Of a DNA stretch of 64,000 nt, positions 57,424 to 64,000 are shown piece by piece. Below the pieces are notes generated by a model, which saw only the letters and a list, made by a program, of their open reading frames with translations, was not told where the DNA came from and did not search any database. Source of the DNA: an uncultured virus (IMG/VR IMGVR_UViG_3300030085_003517) (Duplodnaviria; Heunggongvirae; Uroviricota; Caudoviricetes); the IMG/VR virus record IMGVR_UViG_3300030085_003517. One strand, given 5' to 3'. Each line of letters begins with the position of its first letter. The stretch's first letter is position 1. A program made the position numbers and the translations under genes.

Positions 57424-57938
57424 TTTGCTGTAAAATTATATGTGCAAACAAAGCGAGAAGGTGAGTCTTTAGGGCAACTACTAGCGTGCTCATACTTACC
57501 ATCAAACACCACAAGTCTATTCTTCTTGGGTGATACTTCCTCTAGACCATCTGGTGTCCAAATATATGTTGGACCATCACAGTCATTGATATAATATAGT
57601 CCCACTTTGTGTGGGAATGGGAAGTCAACATGCTTGTTATTTACACCAGTATTGTTTGACAATAGGCAACCCAATCTTATCCTGTGTAGTTTACTAATCT
57701 CTTGACCTTTGATGTCAAGATACTCTGCAAGTGGTGGATAGAATGTATTAACATGTGGTCCACCTTCACCGTCCTGATATAACAAGTGAGTAAATCCTGG
57801 GACGTTGACACCTTCTTTGCCGAGAGTTTCGTATGTAACATCATGCAGATAATGCCATTCAAAACTCATGTGAGTAACAATCTCATTCAAGAGTTTGTTA
57901 TAAGATCTAGGCATTATGTCATCGTATACCTCAATCAT
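57420..57938 (-). CDS. 2OG-Fe(II) oxygenase (about 172 aa), paralogue of 56231..56815
   Basis: KHVD, YYINDCDGPT, FDGKYEHASS; start reassigned to MIEVYDD. Confidence 0.8.
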   Translation of the reverse strand: MIEVYDDIMPRSYNKLLNEIVTHMSFEWHYLHDVTYETLGKEGVNVPGFTHLLYQDGEGGPHVNTFYPPLAEYLDIKGQEISKLHRIRLGCLLSNNTGVNNKHVDFPFPHKVGLYYINDCDGPTYIWTPDGLEEVSPKKNRLVVFDGKYEHASSCPKDSPSRFVCTYNFTAK

Positions 57939-58545
57939 ATGAAAACCATCCTGTTGCAACAATTTTTTCGTGATCGTGTGAGACTCTACCACGATGCACA
58001 TGTGTCCAGTCTGCGGGCCAAATAACCGTCAAACCTTTCTGTGCTTCAACATATTTATCCTGATGAAACCACTCGGTCCCACCATTAGGCACGTCATTTA
58101 AGTATGTCATGTATACCAAGTGACGAATGTTTTGAGTGTAATCATTCTGTGTCCTTTCAGAATGCCATGTCTTAAATCCACCGCCCTTGGGATACTTCTG
58201 CACACTGATAGGTTCTCTCACACTAAAAGCAGAAAACTCAGAGAAAGGAAACTTCTCAATGTATTTGTATAATACCACCTGCAATTCAGCAAAGTAATTA
58301 ACAACTGATGGGTGTTTACATTGACATGGAATACCCACATCCATTGACTCTTTGATGTTAGGAATGACCATCATTTGGTTACCATGAAATGTCCTACCTT
58401 CGACCTTCCAAAACATATCTTGGGTCTCATAAAAATCTACTAATGCATCACAAGCATCAGTAGAGATAAAATCTCCCCAGATGAAATCTGTTGACCGTTG
58501 ACATATTTTGTCACGGTGCATTGTAATTTGAGTTTCTTCAGGCAT
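57931..58545 (-). CDS. 2OG-Fe(II) oxygenase, prolyl-4-hydroxylase-like (204 aa)
   Basis: QKY..GGGF..WHSE, YMTYLNDV..GGTEW, WPADWTHVHRG, K.VATGW. Confidence 0.85.
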   Translation of the reverse strand: MPEETQITMHRDKICQRSTDFIWGDFISTDACDALVDFYETQDMFWKVEGRTFHGNQMMVIPNIKESMDVGIPCQCKHPSVVNYFAELQVVLYKYIEKFPFSEFSAFSVREPISVQKYPKGGGFKTWHSERTQNDYTQNIRHLVYMTYLNDVPNGGTEWFHQDKYVEAQKGLTVIWPADWTHVHRGRVSHDHEKIVATGWFSYD

Positions 58546-59248
58546 GGTAGATGGGATAATAGTTACGATCAGATGTTTGTGTGCTGTTTGGCATTCTAGT
58601 CCAGCAAGGTATACTCATTGATAGACGCTCACCTCTAGGAAATGCACAGTGATATGCTCTCGATGGGATATAAAGTGCGTCTCCTGGTTGTAGTGTAACA
58701 TGCAAGTCAACCTCTAAATTCTCTTCACGAATTTGATCTTGTAAGAATCCTGTCTGCAACATACTAGAGATACGATTCTTATATATTTTCCACTCAGTCT
58801 CTCCCTCTACCTGAATAATAAAGTTTGAGGGATAGTCATCATGAATGTTAAATGATTTGGATCCTTCTTTACCACCATAGACATGAATTGCACAGTCAAC
58901 AGCAAAAATAGACTCAAAAGTTTTCAGCAACTCTTGAGTCTCTCTACTATGGAAACCATAATTCATGATGATAAATGTGTGACCATGATTGATGTGAGAT
59001 ACTAACTGCCGTGCATCTTGCACAGTTTTATCATACACCCACGACCTAACATGTCGATCAATGTTTACCTTATTGTTTTCATGATCGATCATCTCAAACT
59101 CATAAAAAGCAGGATTGTTTGCACAATACTCTACATCACCCCATGTTAAAAACTGTAGAGGATTTGCCAACAGTTTAGGAAAATGATAGGCACGATCTTC
59201 CCACAGAAAGTTTGCCTCATTTACAAGTCTTTGTCCAATATCATTCAT
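58538..59248 (-). CDS. JmjC / cupin_4 oxygenase (236 aa)
   Basis: SFNIHDD..SNFIIQVEGETEWKIY, LQPGDALYIPSRAYH. Confidence 0.8.
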   Translation of the reverse strand: MNDIGQRLVNEANFLWEDRAYHFPKLLANPLQFLTWGDVEYCANNPAFYEFEMIDHENNKVNIDRHVRSWVYDKTVQDARQLVSHINHGHTFIIMNYGFHSRETQELLKTFESIFAVDCAIHVYGGKEGSKSFNIHDDYPSNFIIQVEGETEWKIYKNRISSMLQTGFLQDQIREENLEVDLHVTLQPGDALYIPSRAYHCAFPRGERLSMSIPCWTRMPNSTQTSDRNYYPIYHA

Positions 59249-59825
59249 TTTTCATCAATGCCATGTTGAATGCAATAGACACGCGATCTTCATCATCCTC
59301 GTTCTCATCCACTGCGTGAAGTAGATTAGATGGAAACAACAACAGACGACCAGTTTTTGCAGGATAATATACTGTGCCACCAGAAAGTGCAGTGTGCTTC
59401 TCAATGGGTGCCATACTTGTAGATATAAAGTATTGATCGAAATTCTTATAGAAGAAGATCTTACCAGCACCCTCACTTGCATAGGGATAGTATACACCAG
59501 AGACAAAAGATCCATGGTGTAAGTGAATCTGATTGGTGTTGCCCCTGGTGTTAATGTTTGCCCAACAGTTACCAAAAAACATACCAACTACAGCAGGATC
59601 CATGCCATAGTCTAGTATACAACGACCAGCATTTTTATATACTTCAGTCCGCAATTCTTCAATATCATCGGAGGGAAACTCTTCCGACTGCCATCCACCA
59701 CGATTGCTAACTTTACGACCTTCAGACTTATCTCTCATGTCGTAGATATATTTCAGCAAGTAATCATTGTCAATGTCAAGATCAACCCACCAGATAGGAG
59801 TAGGAAAATAAAAGTCTAGATTCAT
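59241..59825 (-). CDS. 2OG-Fe(II) oxygenase, TIGR02466-like (194 aa)
   Basis: FPTPIW, SNRGGWQS, WANIN, HLH..SFVSGVYY, LLFPSNLLHAV, RVSIAFN. Confidence 0.88.
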   Translation of the reverse strand: MNLDFYFPTPIWWVDLDIDNDYLLKYIYDMRDKSEGRKVSNRGGWQSEEFPSDDIEELRTEVYKNAGRCILDYGMDPAVVGMFFGNCWANINTRGNTNQIHLHHGSFVSGVYYPYASEGAGKIFFYKNFDQYFISTSMAPIEKHTALSGGTVYYPAKTGRLLLFPSNLLHAVDENEDDEDRVSIAFNMALMKNE

Positions 59826-60376
59826 AACTGAATGGGAATAAAACTAAAGTTTTCTGAGATAGTATCACTCAACTGTAGATCGAAACCAAGGGTAATTCTT
59901 TCATCATCAAAATCTTCTTTCACCTCTACATGATGGTGCATTCTACCAGGACCAATGTAAATTTGCAAGGGTTTGTTTTCAACACGCCAAACTTCATTAC
60001 CATTCTCACCATCAGTGAAAACAGTATCAGTCTTTTGATTAGTTAGTGTGATATATCCATGAATAGGATAATCATGAGAATGCGACTTCAATACATCATC
60101 TTGCCTGTGAAAGTTGATCCATGATTGTAACCATACCTGCTCATCAGGTAGACCATTCAACTCAGCATAATCTCTGACACAATCTACAACTTGAGTATAC
60201 AAATCATATGTTGCTTGATTGCATGATGCAATAGAGAAAAAGTTATACAAATAATAAAACTCTGTTGCATGTTCTCTACCACCAAACAGATGCTCAAACT
60301 TTGCAACAGATAGTTTTACATACTCACACAATTTTTGTTGATCAAGGTTGTCTAGTTGATATACTTTGTGTTTCAT
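59822..60376 (-). CDS. Putative 2OG-Fe(II) oxygenase (184 aa)
   Basis: QSWINFH..LKSHSH, HHHV, RITLGFD. Confidence 0.7.
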   Translation of the reverse strand: MKHKVYQLDNLDQQKLCEYVKLSVAKFEHLFGGREHATEFYYLYNFFSIASCNQATYDLYTQVVDCVRDYAELNGLPDEQVWLQSWINFHRQDDVLKSHSHDYPIHGYITLTNQKTDTVFTDGENGNEVWRVENKPLQIYIGPGRMHHHVEVKEDFDDERITLGFDLQLSDTISENFSFIPIQL

Positions 60377-61170
60377 AATCTAGTCAGTTGGTATGCATGT
60401 GACCATCTAAATCCGACAGTCTTATCAATAAATGGGGTGTGGGAAACTTCTGTGCTGTAGAATGTAATCTTATCTTTGATTGCAGGAGCAAGACCAACTC
60501 TTTCAAATCCCCAATAAGTTTCTTCTTCTACAGTTAATGGCATAAGACCAGGCAGTCTTTTCTTATACTTAGAAAGATCCTTACAGTCTTCAAATCGTGG
60601 ATGATCAGGATTTACCTGATGCTCATAATACATGTGATGATCAACAGAATCCCGCAAGATCTCACCATGATACCTATACAACATCGTGCCAGTTGTGCCA
60701 GGTTCGTGATCAGTAAACCAGAGATTGCCCACGATCCCATCAGGACCATCCATATGTGGCAGTCTAAAGTAATCCCATGGTCTGTAATCCTCAGGGAAAT
60801 ATAGATTACCCCACTCGCTATAATCTACGCCCCTAAACTCAGGGAAATGATCAGAAAAATACTCACGAAAGAGATTAAAGAGATCAATACAACACCACCC
60901 AGGAAGATGAATAGTTGCAAAAGGATTTGCATCGTCACATTCTTCATAGTTAGTATCACCTACGATTGGAAAGTTTCTAACTAATCTACGATACAGTTTC
61001 ATACCATCATCGTAGAAAGGATTATCAGCAACCCAATAACCAATCCCACCAGATAGTTTGACATATTCTACATTCCAATCTTCCAACTTCTTCACCCTGA
61101 TATGCTCAGAGAAGTCATCTTTACTTGGAAATGTGCGTCTAAATCCTAAATTTGTTTTGTACATCTGCAA
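60373..61170 (-). CDS. Putative 2OG-Fe(II) oxygenase (265 aa)
   Basis: LPHMD, GTMLY, FY...SHTPF, FRWS. Confidence 0.65.
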   Translation of the reverse strand: MQMYKTNLGFRRTFPSKDDFSEHIRVKKLEDWNVEYVKLSGGIGYWVADNPFYDDGMKLYRRLVRNFPIVGDTNYEECDDANPFATIHLPGWCCIDLFNLFREYFSDHFPEFRGVDYSEWGNLYFPEDYRPWDYFRLPHMDGPDGIVGNLWFTDHEPGTTGTMLYRYHGEILRDSVDHHMYYEHQVNPDHPRFEDCKDLSKYKKRLPGLMPLTVEEETYWGFERVGLAPAIKDKITFYSTEVSHTPFIDKTVGFRWSHAYQLTRL

Positions 61171-61792
61171 GTAATAATCTAGAGTTGATGTTATATGTCA
61201 TGCAGATTCTTTCTCCGCCAGCATCATTCTGTTGTGTGCGATGATTCAACCAACCAGGGAAGATAATCACATCACCAGTTTGACATGATACTGGTTTCCA
61301 AATTTCTTTTTCTGCATTATATGGATATCCAGTTTTATGATACTCCAATGGATCACGAAACTCGATAAAACCTTGACCAGGATCGTTTTTAATGTAAGAA
61401 GCAACAACTAATTCAACAGCATTATGCGTGTGCTCTAGTGTCTGTGCTCCCAATCCATGGCGATTAAACCATGATTTACTAACTTCACTTTGCCTACCAA
61501 GATAACCAAACTGATCCCAAACCCAACCAATTCTATTACCTAACCATGCATGAAAATCTTGCATATATGGTTGTAAGTGCGGTTGCATATCTGCATCATG
61601 CATACCCACTCTAGTTGTTGACCAACCATCGCCACTTTCGACGACAGTCATGTCAGTTTTTGTTGCCCAGTGATCACTTAACTTTGTAAAGTTAGCGTAG
61701 ATGTCATCAAAGTAAGGAGAGAAATCGAAGTGAAATTTATAAATGAATGGGTGCCACAGATGTAGACCTTCACCTTCAAAATTCTCAGCCAA
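61139..61792 (-). CDS. 2OG-Fe(II) oxygenase, TIGR02466-like (217 aa)
   Basis: SWFN...EHTH, IEFRDP, IIFPGWLNHRT, ERICMTYN. Confidence 0.82.
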   Translation of the reverse strand: MAENFEGEGLHLWHPFIYKFHFDFSPYFDDIYANFTKLSDHWATKTDMTVVESGDGWSTTRVGMHDADMQPHLQPYMQDFHAWLGNRIGWVWDQFGYLGRQSEVSKSWFNRHGLGAQTLEHTHNAVELVVASYIKNDPGQGFIEFRDPLEYHKTGYPYNAEKEIWKPVSCQTGDVIIFPGWLNHRTQQNDAGGERICMTYNINSRLLLADVQNKFRI

Positions 61793-62006
61793 CTTTACAC
61801 TCCGTCTTTGCTAATTCCAGTGCTTCGATGCCACCTTGCAGTTTAATTAGCAACTCATGTAACTCTTGACGCTTGCTAAAATCAATGCTGGTAATACCAT
61901 AGGGATTCAATTTGGTGTCAGCAAACTCACCTTCCAGTTTTGTTTTCTCTTCGTTTGCCATATACTGTTGACCACGAAGATTTTCGATCAACTCATCAAT
62001 AGTCAT
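61785..62006 (-). CDS. Small coiled-coil protein (73 aa)
   Basis: KLQGGIEALE motif; coupled on both sides. Confidence 0.7.
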   Translation of the reverse strand: MTIDELIENLRGQQYMANEEKTKLEGEFADTKLNPYGITSIDFSKRQELHELLIKLQGGIEALELAKTECKVG

Positions 62007-62794
62007 AGTCTTGCTCCTTTGTTTTTGTATTTGTTGAATACTTGCATCACCCTATTTAGACGGGACCTTACAGAATCCTCAGAGATGATATTGCATCGGT
62101 TAGCATAATCAAACGAGTTTTCTACTTCCCATTCAAGAGGACCAGCAGCGTCTACTATAGTCTCAAAAGTGGTAAGATGCAAGTATTTTCTGCTCATTGG
62201 TATGTATTGCACCAGAGGTGTGCCCGCTTTAATAAAAGTTTCCCCCTCCAACACATGCCAGAATAGTTGACAGTTTACAACATGACCATATCTGGGATCA
62301 AGAATACCAGTGGCAGCAGTAAATCTACTCTCGTTATTATAATTTACAGGAAGTTGTAGCAACACAACATCATCGGATGCCTTAACTCTCCAGGGTGTTT
62401 CAACCTTAACAACCTCTTTTAGTGCCTTGTTAGTATCATCTAGCAGAGGTTCTGTTTGTGCTTGATCATGCTTACTAATGTATCCTCGTTGTGACCCATC
62501 ATCATTAAATTTAAAAAGGTATGGTGTTTCCCATTGAAAAGTTACACCATCACCAGTAGTCTTGACCTTAAAATCTGCTGGTGCTGTAACAACATAACCA
62601 GCAGACATAATGTTAGTGATGCCAGGACAATTTGCAGAGGATAGTATTCCACTAAAGGGACATTTGGACTTTTTCCTTTCTTTCTGCACCCAGTCACGTT
62701 TTAAGTTGGCAGCAGGAATTACAGGATAGATGTCAGCAACTGCTGGTTCTAGCGAGTAAAACCTAATCCAACTTTTTCTATTCAGCAGACCCAT
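62003..62794 (-). CDS. Conserved hypothetical protein, DUF6065/dUTPase-fold-like (263 aa)
   Basis: CPGI..IMSAGYVV, K...PW, ATGILD, IKAGTPLVQYIP. Confidence 0.6.
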   Translation of the reverse strand: MGLLNRKSWIRFYSLEPAVADIYPVIPAANLKRDWVQKERKKSKCPFSGILSSANCPGITNIMSAGYVVTAPADFKVKTTGDGVTFQWETPYLFKFNDDGSQRGYISKHDQAQTEPLLDDTNKALKEVVKVETPWRVKASDDVVLLQLPVNYNNESRFTAATGILDPRYGHVVNCQLFWHVLEGETFIKAGTPLVQYIPMSRKYLHLTTFETIVDAAGPLEWEVENSFDYANRCNIISEDSVRSRLNRVMQVFNKYKNKGARL

Positions 62795-64000
62795 AGATTT
62801 TGTCTCTCAGGTATTCGTAGTGTGTAGGTAATGTCTTGACATATTCTACCATAGTTTTATCATGTTGCAACCAATCCTCACGAATCTTCTCGTAATAATC
62901 ATCAGTCATGTTGATTTGTTGATTCAAAACTTCAGACAGTTTGTCGTAAGAATGTGGTCTAATTCCATGACCAGCAATAATATATGAGATGCCATTATGA
63001 TTAGGATACCATTTATTATTGGCAATCATATCAGCAGAAAGATCTTCCCACGTTGAAAGTTTTTGCTTGTTTGGACCAAGTGACTGTGGCATATAGTTAT
63101 TCACTTGAGTACACCATCTCCAGTATGGTGTGTCTGTCCTCATAGAATATGCATAATGCATTGCAACAAAGTCAGAGAATTCTTCAATTTGATGATCACA
63201 AACATAGTTAAAACCATCACGCTCTGTTTGTGTTACATAACCATCTCTTTGATTGAGAAGGTAAACTAGATTAGAAATATTCTCATGAGTTGTCAACAAT
63301 CCAGTAGATTCTAGAGGTTCGACGAAACCATAAGAGAGACCAATACCAACACAGTTATTTGCCCATGCACGAACATGTTTACCATGTTTGATATCAATGT
63401 GGAAGATGTCTGCATCTTTACCACGCTCACCCAGATGCTCTCTAAATTCTGCCTCTGCTTCATCCTTTGAGCAGAATCTAGATGAATAGCAATAACCTGT
63501 GCCAATACGATTCCACAAAGGAATATTCCAAACCCAACCATTCTTCATAGCATGACAGTCAGTCACGTTATGCATTTCTTCCTCACGATTCTCAAAAGGA
63601 ATTCGTGTTGCCATTGCTTTGTCATTGGCAAGTTTTTTGGAGAATGGAGAGAAGGTTTCACCCATATAATCTCCAAGCAGCAAAGATCTAAATCCTGTGC
63701 AATCGATATAGAGGTCAGCAAAGATTGCTGTCTCATGATCTAGAATAATATATTTAAAATTATGATTACTTGTAGATTCTTTCTGATGACCAGTTACCTT
63801 ACCTTGAATGTGTCTGACACCATTAGGTAGTGCAATTTTCTCCTTAAGATACTGACCAAACAATTCTGCATCCAAATGATATGCAGTATCCCAAACAGGG
63901 TTGAAGTTTGGAATCTTACCATCTTCATTTTTGGTGAAACGATTATGATCTGCAAGATATGTGTTGTTACATACAAAACGTGCAAATGTTTCGGGTGGAA
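62778..64000 (-). CDS. Flavin-dependent (tryptophan-7-type) halogenase, 5'-truncated by the window edge
   Basis: Frame open to 64000 (..PNFNPVWDTAYHLDA..); ADLYIDCTGF, GWVWNIPL (WxWxIP), GFVEPLESTG, RTDTPYW. Confidence 0.88.
   Translation of the reverse strand, partial: PPETFARFVCNNTYLADHNRFTKNEDGKIPNFNPVWDTAYHLDAELFGQYLKEKIALPNGVRHIQGKVTGHQKESTSNHNFKYIILDHETAIFADLYIDCTGFRSLLLGDYMGETFSPFSKKLANDKAMATRIPFENREEEMHNVTDCHAMKNGWVWNIPLWNRIGTGYCYSSRFCSKDEAEAEFREHLGERGKDADIFHIDIKHGKHVRAWANNCVGIGLSYGFVEPLESTGLLTTHENISNLVYLLNQRDGYVTQTERDGFNYVCDHQIEEFSDFVAMHYAYSMRTDTPYWRWCTQVNNYMPQSLGPNKQKLSTWEDLSADMIANNKWYPNHNGISYIIAGHGIRPHSYDKLSEVLNQQINMTDDYYEKIREDWLQHDKTMVEYVKTLPTHYEYLRDKIYGSAE

Noticed and set aside
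1..64000. Apparent scarcity of CCGG and GGCC
   Set aside because: Impression only; it may follow from low GC and codon use and needs a computed count

Overview
A 64-kb segment of a T4-like marine myovirus, most likely a cyanomyovirus (inferred from gene content and order, ATAAATA late promoters and sigma70-type early promoters). Essentially all credible genes are on the minus strand. Three blocks are present. (1) 1-44.9 kb is a late structural block: tail fibre, VrlC/DUF4815 virion protein, baseplate gp8, YHYH and cupredoxin-like virion proteins, a 6604-aa gp7-like protein, gp6, gp25 and a PAAR spike. (2) 45-55.6 kb is an early/accessory block of small ORFs with about 10 related promoter-plus-operator cassettes, an SF2 helicase and a nuclease-like/DNA methyltransferase pair. 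(3) 55.6-64 kb is an operon-like array of ten 2OG-Fe(II)/JmjC oxygenases plus a flavin-dependent halogenase truncated by the window edge. The most striking non-gene signals are strong depletion of GAAC/GTTC/GTAC while GATC stays common, and three perfect cyanobacterial-type DnaA boxes (TTTTCCACA) beside an AT-rich tract at the late/early junction. Two 10-N scaffold gaps occur at 523-532 and 21988-21997. I saw no tRNA, rRNA, CRISPR array, integrase or reverse transcriptase. All family assignments are by-eye motif recognition, not database searches.
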